Assembly (NCBI GenBank): GCA_963787445.1 | Contig: CAWBCT010000005.1 | Span: 32,001-96,000 of the forward strand | Direction: 5' to 3' | Source: an uncultured archaeon | GTDB lineage: Archaea > Micrarchaeota > Micrarchaeia > Micrarchaeales > CABMGC01 | Length of the DNA stretch: 64,000 bases | Part shown: positions 44,885 through 54,487 of the stretch, piece by piece | Layout: every line of letters starts with the position of its first letter | Position numbering within the stretch: the first letter of the stretch is position 1 | Notes under the pieces: generated by a model | Seen by the model: the letters and a program-made list of their open reading frames with translations, nothing else | Told to the model about the DNA's origin: nothing | Databases searched by the model: none | Made by a program: the position numbers and the translations under genes

Positions 44885-45532
44885 ATGAGTTTTCTCGATC
44901 TCGCCCGCTTGGCCGACATCCCTTTGACGCGTCAGCCCTTCGACCATCTCGTGGTGCCGAACCTGATCGCGCCTGACGCGGTGCGCCGGATCATCGCCGA
45001 TTTTCCTGACATCCCGGGGGCGGGGCTGATGCCGCTGTCGGCGTTGCATTACGGCGGCGCGTTCGCCGAACTGGTCGAGGAAATCCAAGGCCCGGCGCTG
45101 ACCGAGGCGTTCTCGGCCAAGTTCGAACTCGATCTGACGCGCCGGCCGATGATGGTTACCGTGCGCGGCCGCAGCCGGCGGAAGGACGGCCGGATTCACA
45201 CCGACAGCGAGTCGAAGGTGATTTCGGCGCTGATCTATCTCAACGAGCACTGGGATGAGGATGGCGGCAGGTTCCGCATCCTGAACGGCCCCGACGATGT
45301 CGACGACTTCGCGGCGGAGGTCGCGCCCGAGGCCGGCACGCTCGCAGCGTTCCGGCGGACGGACAATTCCTACCACGGACACCGCCCCTTCGTCGGCGTC
45401 CGCCGCTACGTGATGTTCAACTGGATGGTCGACCAAGCCGCCGTGACGCGCGAACTGGCCCGCCATCGCCTGTCGGCCCAGGTGAAGCGCCTGGGCTTCC
45501 TGTCGCGGTTGGTCGAGGCCGGATATCGATGA
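44885..45532 (+). CDS. 2OG-Fe(II) oxygenase
   Basis: QPFDHLVVPNLI, IHTD, LIYLNEHW, SYHGH, RRYVMFNW. Confidence 0.85.
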   Translation: MSFLDLARLADIPLTRQPFDHLVVPNLIAPDAVRRIIADFPDIPGAGLMPLSALHYGGAFAELVEEIQGPALTEAFSAKFELDLTRRPMMVTVRGRSRRKDGRIHTDSESKVISALIYLNEHWDEDGGRFRILNGPDDVDDFAAEVAPEAGTLAAFRRTDNSYHGHRPFVGVRRYVMFNWMVDQAAVTRELARHRLSAQVKRLGFLSRLVEAGYR

Positions 45533-46191
45533 CTGCCGCCTCGCCCGCCCTCAAATCCCACCTGCATCGCGTCTTCGCGACCGCCGACCGACATGAGACG
45601 CCCTTCCGCTATTGGCTGCTCGCGGATGTGTTGCCCGCGGCGACGGCGCGCGCGGTGACCGCCCTGCCCTTTGCTCCGCCGGAGGTCGGCGACAGCCAGG
45701 GCCGGCGGGAAACGCACAATGCGTCGCGCATTTTCTTCGCGGCCGATAAAGGCGCGCTATTTCCCGTCGTCGATGCGGTCGCCGCGGCATTCCAGGACGA
45801 CGAAACCGTCGACAGGATCGAGTCATGCTTCGGCCTGTCCCTGGCCGGCAGTTTTCTCCGCATCGAATACTGCCAGGACACCGAAGGATTCTGGCTCGAA
45901 CCGCACACCGATATCTCCGCCAAACTGTTCACCATGCTGGTCTACCTGTCGAGCGGTCCCGAGGCGGAGGACTGGGGCACGGACCTCTACGACGCCGCGT
46001 TGCACCCGGCGGGACGGTCGCCCGGCGGCTTCAATAAGGGCCTGATCTTCCGGCCCGCCGGCGACACCTGGCACGGCTATGCCAAACGGCCGATGCGCGG
46101 GATCCGGAAATCGCTCATCATCAATTATGTCAAGGCGGACTGGCGCGCGCGCCAGGAACTGTGTTTTCCCGATCGGCCTTGCCTGGCCTGA
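45529..46191 (+). CDS. 2OG-Fe(II) oxygenase
   Basis: PHTDISAKLFTMLVYL, TWHG, RKSLIINY; ATGA overlap with the upstream gene. Confidence 0.85.
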   Translation: MTAASPALKSHLHRVFATADRHETPFRYWLLADVLPAATARAVTALPFAPPEVGDSQGRRETHNASRIFFAADKGALFPVVDAVAAAFQDDETVDRIESCFGLSLAGSFLRIEYCQDTEGFWLEPHTDISAKLFTMLVYLSSGPEAEDWGTDLYDAALHPAGRSPGGFNKGLIFRPAGDTWHGYAKRPMRGIRKSLIINYVKADWRARQELCFPDRPCLA

Positions 46192-46434
46192 GGGCCAGAT
46201 TTTCCGGTCGGATCGCGGGAAGGTCCTTGTATCCGCCGCTTGGCGGACCCACTTAGCATTTGTTGAGTATGGCTCGTGGGGGGAAGTCAACCCGCGATGC
46301 CGTCCGCGACTACAATTAATGTTTTTAATTGACTCAAGATTTTCTATTTTTAGTAGTATTTTGGTAATCGGACCGGGTCATACGATTGGGGATAGCCAGG
46401 TTTGACGGCCCGGAGGGGGGGGGTCGGACATCCA

Positions 46435-47017
46435 ATGGACATGGAGACCAACGCGACCTCTCGGCAGAAGGCGGGAAGGCATGGTCATTTCGATGGCACC
46501 GTACCCGTCGGGAGCGGCTTGCCGGCCGGGAACGAGGGTGCTCCAATTCAGCACGAGGCGGCGCCGCACTTTTTAAGATCGACGTACTGGCTTTTTCGGC
46601 GGCTCGAACCGATGCGCCTCAAGGCAATTCCCATAGTGGTTCTGGTGGTGGGACTGGCGCTCACTCTGATCGCCTTCCAGGAGGCGAAGCGTGTCGACGA
46701 GGAAAGGGTTAGCAATCTTCTGGAACTGCGCGCCGCTTGGCGCGTCCGCGATTTCGAAAACAAGATTCTCGAATTGTCGCTCCCGGTCGAATCGCTGGCG
46801 ACCTTCGTCGCGACGCGCGAGCATCTCGACGCGGCCGAGTTTCACAAGTTCGCTTTTGCCGCGCGAGGCGCCGATCCCATCGTCCGCCTTGCCTGGTCGC
46901 CGCTCGTTTCCGGCGATCGGCGTGGCGAATTCGAGGACATGGTCCGCCGGGCCGATGCCGCGTCCGACTTCGCGATCTCGGAGCTCGATGCGAGCGGCCG
47001 ACTGGTGCCGGCCGGTG
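46435..47017 (+). CDS. CHASE-domain sensor protein, 5' fragment cut at the junction
   Basis: TM helix, then AEFHKFA...LAWSPLVSGDRRGEFE...FAISELDASGRLVPAG; the frame then runs into unrelated DNA. Start could be 46612. Confidence 0.75.
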
Positions 47018-47025
47018 GGTTATCT
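47010..47025. other. Junction between alphaproteobacterial and archaeal DNA
   Basis: Abrupt GC and codon-usage change; a convergent gene is truncated on each side. Confidence 0.9.
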
Positions 47026-47305
47026 CCCTGGTCCCCTTGATCTCTGCGAGGTTTTCCTGCGTTATCCGCTTTAGCGTCTGGGGATTTATCTTCCAGCCGT
47101 TCTTCCTGATGACCCGGTTGAGGTAAGTCTCCTCTTTTATCTTTCCGTGAAAAAGCGCCTCAAGGTCCTTGCCCCTTATCTTCTCGTGGACTGTTTCGGC
47201 ATCAACGCCTAGAAGTTCGCCCAGCCTCCTCTCTACCTCGAGCAGGCCCGTCAGATACACCTCGCCGACATCGAAAATTATCGTATTTATCATTTCCATC
47301 CCCAT
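47018..47305 (-). CDS. HAD-like hydrolase, 5' fragment cut at the junction
   Basis: TIIFDVGEVYL (motif I) ... EIKGTREI, then loses coherence. Confidence 0.75.
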
Positions 47306-47412
47306 TACGGACTGGAATCATTAACTCTATAAAGCGTTCCTACTAAACGCTTTACGGCAATACAAAATTGCGGAGATAAAAGGCTTATAAATAAGTATTC
47401 GGTATCTTTAGC

Positions 47413-48732
47413 ATGCAAAAGAGTCCAAGCATAAGCCCCCTCCTGGCCACGGCGGTAAGCCTAGGGGCGATAATAGGGGCGGGAATATTCGTGCTCAGCG
47501 GGACGGCCATCGCACTGGCGGGGAGCGCGGCGATAGCGGTATTCATAATAGTGGGAGTACTGGCGCTCATGATAGCCCTGCAGTCGGGAGAGCTCGCCTC
47601 CCTCTTTCCGGACTCAACGGGCTCTGTTTACACCTACGTCTACGAGGCCTTCGGAAGCGAGCTTGGGTTCATAACAGGGATAATCAGGTACTTCGGCGGC
47701 GCGACCTCGATCTCGGTGGTTGCCCTGGGCTTCGGCTCCTACCTTGCAAACATATTGGGATACGGCGGAGCATACCCGATCGGATTCGGGATAGGGATAA
47801 TAGTCGTGATAACGCTGGTCAACCTTTTTGGGATAAAGAAGGCCGCCAAGACCGACTTCCTGCTCGTCGCAACGAAGGTAGGAATACTCACGATCTTCGT
47901 GGCCTTCGCTCTTTATTACGCATTTTATCTCGGCCACTTCTCAGCCGGAAACTTCTCGCTGGCGGTGCCCAATGGCCTTCTTGGCGGATTCTTCGCGGCG
48001 GGCATTGCGGTCTTTTTCGCCTACTCGGGCTTCCAGACCATCACCAGCTTTACCAATGAGGTGAAGGGAGGGCCCAACGCCGCAGCTAGGGCGATAGCGG
48101 TCTCGGTGGTGATTAGCATGGTGCTCTATGTACTGATAGTGCTGGCGCTGCTGCTGCTTGCGCCGGCCTCATCCTATGCAATCAGCGCAGACCCGCTCTC
48201 GCTTGCGTTGCAGGCGGTTTCGGCTCCTGGCATCCTGATCCTGATAGTCGGGATAGGCGCCCTGGTCGCCACCACCTCAGCGGGAGTCGCGATGATGCTC
48301 AGCGCCTCCAGGAACGTCTACCAGATAAGCAAGGACAGGCTGCTGCCCAGGTTCCTGCGCGGATACAACGAGAAGCGGGAGGTTGCCGTCAACGGCGTTT
48401 TCCTTTCCGCATTCATAGCCATAGTGATGCTCTTCTCCGGGAACGTCTTCGTCATAGCGGCGATAGCAAACTTCGGGCTGATCTTCTCGTACATGATGAC
48501 CAGCCTTGCGCTTGTACACTTCAGAAGGGCGAAGAAGGAGGCGAGTTTCAGGTCGCCATTATATCCCTGGCTACCTGCCATCACCATCCTGGGGCTTCTG
48601 CTGATGTTCATCGGGATGCCTTCGGAATCGCTCGTGATAGGAGTGGTGATGGTGATAGGCCTCATCGTGGTCTACTACCTGCTGAGGGAGCTTGAGAACA
48701 AGAGGATAATCAAGGTGCGCCTGTTCGGCTGA
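47413..48732 (+). CDS. APC-family amino acid permease
   Basis: GAIIGAGIF, FFAYSGFQ, FRSPLYP; ~12 TM; TTATAAAT box upstream. Confidence 0.9.
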   Translation: MQKSPSISPLLATAVSLGAIIGAGIFVLSGTAIALAGSAAIAVFIIVGVLALMIALQSGELASLFPDSTGSVYTYVYEAFGSELGFITGIIRYFGGATSISVVALGFGSYLANILGYGGAYPIGFGIGIIVVITLVNLFGIKKAAKTDFLLVATKVGILTIFVAFALYYAFYLGHFSAGNFSLAVPNGLLGGFFAAGIAVFFAYSGFQTITSFTNEVKGGPNAAARAIAVSVVISMVLYVLIVLALLLLAPASSYAISADPLSLALQAVSAPGILILIVGIGALVATTSAGVAMMLSASRNVYQISKDRLLPRFLRGYNEKREVAVNGVFLSAFIAIVMLFSGNVFVIAAIANFGLIFSYMMTSLALVHFRRAKKEASFRSPLYPWLPAITILGLLLMFIGMPSESLVIGVVMVIGLIVVYYLLRELENKRIIKVRLFG

Positions 48733-48849
48733 TCAGCTCTTCTGAAAGCTGGCCGGCGACCGTAGAAATCACGTTCCTGCTCTACCACCCATCTGACTGC
48801 CTTTTTATTCTTTTGGCGGCATATTACAAATCACGATGCAGGTGCGTGA

Positions 48850-49494
48850 TTGCCAAAAGGAGATAAGACTAGGGAAGAACGGCACATTAGTTTGAGGCTA
48901 GAGTCGCTCACGGACATGGTGTTCGGGCTCGCGCTTTCCATCGGGGCCGTGCTGCTAGCCATCTCGAACTCGGCGACAATCCCGGACATAGAGTCCAACA
49001 TGCTCTCCTTCGGGTTCAGCTTCCTGATACTTATCTTCGTCTGGATACGCTACACCAGTCTCATAGAGGTCCTGCCGGACTCGTTGCGCCAGAAGCGCAC
49101 AGTATTTTACATAAACGTGCTGCTCCTCTTCTTCGTCGCGATAGAGCCGTACCTGTTCAACATCCTCCACCTGAGCTCAACCCAGGCCCTCGCCTCCTTT
49201 GCGTCGTCCATGTACGCGCTGGACATCGGCGCCATAACCCTGATACTGTGGGTGCTGATACAGCTGCTGGTGAAGGAGTACAGGGACACCCACAGGGACC
49301 ACGTCCCGAGCGTCGGCCAGATGCGGATAGCATCGAGCAGCCTTGCCATGGCGGTGATGTTCTTCATCTCGGCAGCGCCCGTCTTCTGGGCAGTGCAGAT
49401 AGATGGGATCCCCACCAGGTTCGTGATCTGGGCGATTCTCATCCCGCTCATGCTGGTCGCCAGGAACAAGCGGCCCAGGAGAAGGGCAAGATAG
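48850..49494 (+). CDS. TMEM175/DUF1211-like channel
   Basis: RLESLTDMVFGLALSI, FGFSFLILIFVW; ~6 TM. Confidence 0.72.
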   Translation: MPKGDKTREERHISLRLESLTDMVFGLALSIGAVLLAISNSATIPDIESNMLSFGFSFLILIFVWIRYTSLIEVLPDSLRQKRTVFYINVLLLFFVAIEPYLFNILHLSSTQALASFASSMYALDIGAITLILWVLIQLLVKEYRDTHRDHVPSVGQMRIASSSLAMAVMFFISAAPVFWAVQIDGIPTRFVIWAILIPLMLVARNKRPRRRAR

Positions 49495-49571
49495 AAAGGG
49501 CAGGGAGCAGGAAAACCGAATAATTCACTAAATATTATAAAGACTTAGATGGTATTATTTTGGGTAGTAGG

Positions 49572-49976
49572 ATGGGGGATAAAATAAAGACCAAATCTTT
49601 GAAGCAGACGGCGCTGTTCAGGGCGGCTCCTTCAGAAGTTTACGAGCTGATCATGGACTCAAAAAAGCATGCGGCTTTCAGCGGCGGCTCCGCAAAGATA
49701 AGCAGGAAGGTGGGCGGAAAGATTTCAGCCTATGACGGCTGGATAACCGGAAAGAACCTCAAGATTGTCCCAAACAGGAAGATAGTGCAGGAGTGGAGGG
49801 GCGATGACTGGCCAAAGGCACACTACTCAGTAGTTACGTTTGACTTCAGGAAGAGCGGGACAGGCACAAGACTGACGTTTACGCAGAAGGGCATCCCAGC
49901 CGTTGTTTACAACGACATAAAGGAGGGCTGGAGGGAGCACTACTGGTCGAAGATGAAAAATTACCTCGGTGAATAA
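49572..49976 (+). CDS. SRPBCC/AHSA1-like protein
   Basis: KISAYDGWITG, KIVQEWRGDDW, GWREHYW. Confidence 0.85.
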   Translation: MGDKIKTKSLKQTALFRAAPSEVYELIMDSKKHAAFSGGSAKISRKVGGKISAYDGWITGKNLKIVPNRKIVQEWRGDDWPKAHYSVVTFDFRKSGTGTRLTFTQKGIPAVVYNDIKEGWREHYWSKMKNYLGE

Positions 49977-50002
49977 TCGTCTGCAGAGTCTGGGGTCTTA
50001 TT

Positions 50003-50719
50003 ATGAAACAACAGGAGAGGGTATTCCTAAATTCGGTGTTCTTCGTACTTGGCTTTACGGCAGTATTCTCGGTCGTGGGCATCCTGCTCCAGACTGTATT
50101 GCTCCACATCCCATTCGCAGCCAAGAACCTGCTGACGGTGGTTGGCGGAGTGATAATAATACTGTTCGGGATCATTCTGCTGGCCTCGGGCATGTACCTT
50201 CTGCCCATATTCTCCAGGACGTACAAGATAAACTTCAGGCGGCTGAAGAACAGCTTCGCCTCATCGTTCCTCTTCGGGATAGGCTTTGCGCTGGGCTGGA
50301 CGCCGTGCGTCGGGGCGATACTCGGCGCGATCTACACGCTTGCGGCCACCTCTCCGGGCATCGGGTTCCTGCTGCTTCTGGCGTTCTCGCTGGGCCTGGG
50401 CATCCCGTTCCTCATATTCGGCGCCTTCATCTCCAGGCTCTCCGCATTCATGAAGAGGATAGGCAGGTTCCTCAACTACTTCAACGTCATAGCCGGCCTC
50501 TTCCTCCTGGCCATAGGCGTGCTGGTGGTCACCGGCTACATAGGCCTCCTTGCGGTATTCCTGATAGGGCCGGGCTCGATGGCGGCGAGCAACCAGCTCA
50601 ACTTCCTGATAGCGCTTGTCGCAGGGGTGCTCACCTTCTTCTCCCCGTGCATACTGCCGCTGCTGCCGGCCTACGTCTCGTACATGGCAGGGACAACAAC
50701 TGAAGAGCTGAGGCCATGA
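50003..50719 (+). CDS. ccdA: CcdA/DsbD-beta thiol-disulfide transporter, circularly permuted
   Basis: FVLGFTAVF, GWTPCVGAILG, LGLGIPF; the AGVLTFFSPCILPLLPAYVSY helix is at the C-terminus. Confidence 0.85.
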   Translation: MKQQERVFLNSVFFVLGFTAVFSVVGILLQTVLLHIPFAAKNLLTVVGGVIIILFGIILLASGMYLLPIFSRTYKINFRRLKNSFASSFLFGIGFALGWTPCVGAILGAIYTLAATSPGIGFLLLLAFSLGLGIPFLIFGAFISRLSAFMKRIGRFLNYFNVIAGLFLLAIGVLVVTGYIGLLAVFLIGPGSMAASNQLNFLIALVAGVLTFFSPCILPLLPAYVSYMAGTTTEELRP

Positions 50720-51819
50720 GCGAAAACGAGAGCAAACAGAAGAAGGGAATGAACGTTTACGTTCTGGTGTTCGGGATAATAGTCGTGATCGTAGCCATAG
50801 CGGCGGCCTCCACGCTGGTGTTCAATAAAAATCTCGCATCGGTCTCGCTCAGCAACCTGAATAACTACGGACTGGCGCCGAACATTACAGGCGTCTCGCA
50901 GTGGATTAACTCTCAGCCGCTGACCATGCAGGGGCTGAAGGGCAAGGTCGTCCTGGTAGACTTCTGGACCTACTCGTGCATCAACTGCATCCGCTCGATA
51001 CCCTACCTGGAGGCGTGGCAGAAGGAGTACGGAAGCGACGGGCTGGTAATCATAGGCGTGCACACGCCGGAGTTCCAGTTTGAGCACAACTTCACCAACG
51101 TGGCGGAGGCGGTGAAGAGGTTCAACATAACCTACCCGGTGGTGCTCGACAACAATTACACAATATGGAATGCCTACAGCAACCAGTACTGGCCTGCCGA
51201 CTACCTGGTAGACAAGAACGGCTACGTGAGGTACTTGGCGCTGGGCGAGGGAGACTACAACCAGACCAACGCAATCATCAGGGAGCTTCTCGAGAATGCG
51301 AGCTACACGGTTCCGACTAGCCAGATCAACGTTACGAGCGCGACCAACTTCTCCCAGATCGGGAGCCCGGAAATCTACCTGGGCTACGCCGAGGCGGAGT
51401 CGAGGGGCGAGTCGCTGGGCAACCCGCAGGGCTTCTCGCCGAACCAGACGGTTAATTATACCGCGCCCGTCGTGAGCCAGAACAACACAGTCTACCTGTC
51501 GGGCAGCTGGTACAACGCACCCTACTACGTGGAGGCGACGGGCAACAGCTCCAGATTGTTCCTAATTTTCAAGGCGAAGAACCTGAATATCGTGGCGAGC
51601 GGAAGCGGGAGCCCGAGCAGGATAGCCCTAAGGCTCGACGGAGAGCCGCTGCCTGAAAACTACTTCGGCACCGATGTGGCTTCCTATAACGGCAGCGTGG
51701 TGAGCGAGGTGAACGGCTCTAGGCTGTACGACCTGGTCAACGCCCCGACCTACGGCTGGCACGAGCTAGAGATAGACGCGAGCCCCGGCCTGAGGATCTA
51801 CACATTCACTTTCGGCTAG
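50716..51819 (+). CDS. Membrane-anchored DipZ-like thioredoxin with C-terminal beta domain
   Basis: DFWTYSCINC, IIGVHTPEF, NQYWPA, GEGDY, SPEIYLGY, YTFTFG. Confidence 0.88.
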   Translation: MSENESKQKKGMNVYVLVFGIIVVIVAIAAASTLVFNKNLASVSLSNLNNYGLAPNITGVSQWINSQPLTMQGLKGKVVLVDFWTYSCINCIRSIPYLEAWQKEYGSDGLVIIGVHTPEFQFEHNFTNVAEAVKRFNITYPVVLDNNYTIWNAYSNQYWPADYLVDKNGYVRYLALGEGDYNQTNAIIRELLENASYTVPTSQINVTSATNFSQIGSPEIYLGYAEAESRGESLGNPQGFSPNQTVNYTAPVVSQNNTVYLSGSWYNAPYYVEATGNSSRLFLIFKAKNLNIVASGSGSPSRIALRLDGEPLPENYFGTDVASYNGSVVSEVNGSRLYDLVNAPTYGWHELEIDASPGLRIYTFTFG

Positions 51820-53711
51820 CCCAGATTAACCGGAGGCGGGGGTGGGTTGCTATAGATGGGCGGCTGCGGCGGCTCCTCCGGCTTAACGAAGCGCCTGAAC
51901 GAGATCCCGACGGCGGCTATGATGACCACCACGATGACCCCGACCACCCAGGCGGTTGTCGGAATCTGGAATCCGGAAGAGGAGCTGCTCACCGGAGAAG
52001 TTGCGTTTGTCTGCGAGGCGATGGTCGTGGGGTTGAGTATGTGGGTCAGGTTGCCTATCACCGCATTGGAGATGCCGGAGACCGCGTATAGGGACATCCC
52101 CGGGGACCTGGCATCGTAGAAGTAATTTGTGGAGTTGGAGCCGATTAGAGTCGTGACGAGCTTTGCCCAGGTGGAGGTGGTGGCGTTGAACCGGTATAGG
52201 GCGAGCGTGTTCGAGGTCAGGTTATTCCTGAGCAGGTAGGACCTGCTGACATTGAAGGTGTAGTTGACCGCGTTTATGCTGGAGTCGTTTGCCGTGCTGC
52301 TTATGGAGATGTAGCTTATGGGCAGGCCCGGCGGCTTCGGGACCTGCTTGCCGGAGAGCGTCAGGTTCGTGGTGTTTGCGGCGTAGGCCCTCACTCCCAG
52401 CACGTAGGTGGTGAAGTTCTGCCTGGTCGAGAAGGTTATGTTGTCGAATGGGAGGCTCGAACCCTTTACGTTGAGCGTGTCGTTGAAGCCGCTCACCAGG
52501 TTGGTCACGCTGACGACGGCCGACTGGTTGCCCCGGTAGGTCGTCTGGTTGGATGGCACGTACCTCACCGCGACGCTGTTCCCGTTCACAGTGTCGGTTA
52601 TGTAGATCTTCTGGGTGGTGGTCTCATTCACAGCTGATGTGCCGTTCAGGAACGCTTTCAGGTAGGGCGCCGCTGCCTTCACCGCAAGCGGGGTGGAGTT
52701 GCTGCTTGCGCTGTTTATCAGCTGACCCACAGCGCCGGAGCTCAGCGGGCTCCTGGTTGAGTTGCCCTGGGCCACCCAGGTTACCCTGACGGCAGAGCTG
52801 TTGGTCAGGAGATGCTGGACAGTGGTGTTTATCGTGACGAAACCAGTCGGAGTGTAGTTTGAAGTGAAGTGGGCGAGGGTGGTGGCGTTGTGGGCTATCA
52901 AAGTTGCCGGCGCAGGGCGGGCTCCGCCGGACAGCCCGGCTGAGGCGGAAGGTACCGGGAGCGAGGCGGCTGAGATGGAGCCGTTGCCGTTAAAGCCAAC
53001 TATCGGGTTTCCGATGGAGTTGGACGAGCAGCCCACGCACCCGAATTTTAGGCTTAGACCCGTGACAAGGTTCGGGTTCGCGGTCACATTTGCGATGATC
53101 TTCGCCTCGTTGGAAAGCGAGACGCCTATGCTCGACATTACATTCTGCGATGTGAATGAGGAGATGGAGTTGGCAGGCATGGTGGTGATGTTGCGAAGGC
53201 TCTGCGGCGGCGAGGGAGGAGCTGGTAGGGTGCTGACGCCCGTGACCGCCGTTGGAATGGGTCTTGGCGCCGTTGTATTTGCCGCCTTGGTGGTGCTTGT
53301 CGGGCTAGTAATTGTAGTGGATGGTATGGGCGGCGTGACGTTTGCTGTCTTTGGAGTTGGAGCTGGCAGAATTGTCGAGGTCGTTGGAAGGTTCACGTTT
53401 GCGCTTACGGGGATGGTGGTGGGCTGGGTTACCGGAGTGGTCCCGGGAATTATTGAGTTGCCTCCGCTTACAGAGTTAGGCGGGACCAGGGTTGTGGTTG
53501 GAGCAGTTGTCGAAACGGCGCGCGGCGGGATGGTGGTTGGGATTGGGTTGACCTGTATGGTCGTCGAGGTCGGGAGCACCGGGCCTATGACCACCGAATT
53601 CGGTGCTGTTGAGGAGCCTGTCGAAGAGATTCCCACGCTGTTCTGTGCCAGAATAATGCCGGCTGAAAGAGCAACAAAGGACAGAATAAGTAGGAACTTT
53701 GTGCTCTGCAT
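51816..53711 (-). CDS. Archaeal cell-surface protein: Thr/Pro-rich stalk, PGF-pre-PGF-like domain, C-terminal TM
   Basis: Signal peptide, T/P-rich region, many NxS/T sequons, YTFNVSRSYL...LYRFN...YDARSPGMSLYAVSG, TM and Pro-rich tail. Confidence 0.75.
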   Translation of the reverse strand: MQSTKFLLILSFVALSAGIILAQNSVGISSTGSSTAPNSVVIGPVLPTSTTIQVNPIPTTIPPRAVSTTAPTTTLVPPNSVSGGNSIIPGTTPVTQPTTIPVSANVNLPTTSTILPAPTPKTANVTPPIPSTTITSPTSTTKAANTTAPRPIPTAVTGVSTLPAPPSPPQSLRNITTMPANSISSFTSQNVMSSIGVSLSNEAKIIANVTANPNLVTGLSLKFGCVGCSSNSIGNPIVGFNGNGSISAASLPVPSASAGLSGGARPAPATLIAHNATTLAHFTSNYTPTGFVTINTTVQHLLTNSSAVRVTWVAQGNSTRSPLSSGAVGQLINSASSNSTPLAVKAAAPYLKAFLNGTSAVNETTTQKIYITDTVNGNSVAVRYVPSNQTTYRGNQSAVVSVTNLVSGFNDTLNVKGSSLPFDNITFSTRQNFTTYVLGVRAYAANTTNLTLSGKQVPKPPGLPISYISISSTANDSSINAVNYTFNVSRSYLLRNNLTSNTLALYRFNATTSTWAKLVTTLIGSNSTNYFYDARSPGMSLYAVSGISNAVIGNLTHILNPTTIASQTNATSPVSSSSSGFQIPTTAWVVGVIVVVIIAAVGISFRRFVKPEEPPQPPIYSNPPPPPVNLG

Positions 53712-53758
53712 GGGTATATAACAAACGGCAATCTTTAAAAATACTCCTGCGGGGTTTG

Positions 53759-54028
53759 TTATCCCTTTTCCTTTCGGGCAAACAGCCCGGCCAACACTGA
53801 AAGATAGACAAGGTAGAATAGGACCATGCCGATCAGCAGGAGAATCGCCACGGCGAGCGAGACCCCTAACTGCACGCCGATGGCCCTAAGCGCGTAGATG
53901 CAGGCAAGCGCGGTGAGGAAGGAAAGGATTCCCGAGACAGCCTTGTACCTGAAAGGGAGCATGAGCAGCCGAATCAGGCCTACCAGAGGCCTGGTCTTCT
54001 CCCTGTTTTTTGACTCTGTCTCTGCCAT
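53759..54028 (-). CDS. Small two-TM membrane protein
   Basis: 89-aa ORF with two hydrophobic helices and an upstream TATA-like box. Confidence 0.55.
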   Translation of the reverse strand: MAETESKNREKTRPLVGLIRLLMLPFRYKAVSGILSFLTALACIYALRAIGVQLGVSLAVAILLLIGMVLFYLVYLSVLAGLFARKEKG

Positions 54029-54099
54029 TCAATTACCCATAGTGATGCTTCGCAAACTCATAAATACGGAATGGATATAGAATATCTGTAGGTTTTGCA

Positions 54100-54477
54100 A
54101 TGCAGGGATACCAGCCAGGGGTTTGCAACATAGGCAAGAACGAGAAAAGAAAGAGATACACGCTTGCCGTGGTGGGCTTTCTCATAACGGTTTTGGCGGT
54201 GTACGCCATCGCCTCGTTGGCTTTGCCACAATGGGCGTATCTGTTGTCATTCATCCCGTTGGTGATAGGCTATGAGGGCCTCTACCAGGGCTATTTCAGC
54301 TTCTGCGCAGGATTTGCAGCAGCAGGCATCTCCGACTTTACCGGTTCGGGAGGCTCGAGGGCGAAAGTAACCGATCAAAAATCCCATGAGAAAGACATGC
54401 AAAAGGCCATGCAGATTCACATCTACTCGATCATCTCCAGCATAATAATAGTTGCCATCATCTACCTCCTTGTTTAG
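54100..54477 (+). CDS. Small membrane protein (YQPGVCNIG...FC type), function unknown
   Basis: Three TM segments; two Cys (CNIG, FCAGF). Confidence 0.7.
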   Translation: MQGYQPGVCNIGKNEKRKRYTLAVVGFLITVLAVYAIASLALPQWAYLLSFIPLVIGYEGLYQGYFSFCAGFAAAGISDFTGSGGSRAKVTDQKSHEKDMQKAMQIHIYSIISSIIIVAIIYLLV

Positions 54478-54487
54478 ATGGAACCGG

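Noticed and set aside
46315-46330. CtrA box upstream of the CHASE gene
   Set aside because: TTAA-N5-TTAA spacing, not N7.
46709-47305. 198-aa HAD ORF and 212-aa CHASE ORF as complete genes
   Set aside because: Both are read-through artefacts across the junction.
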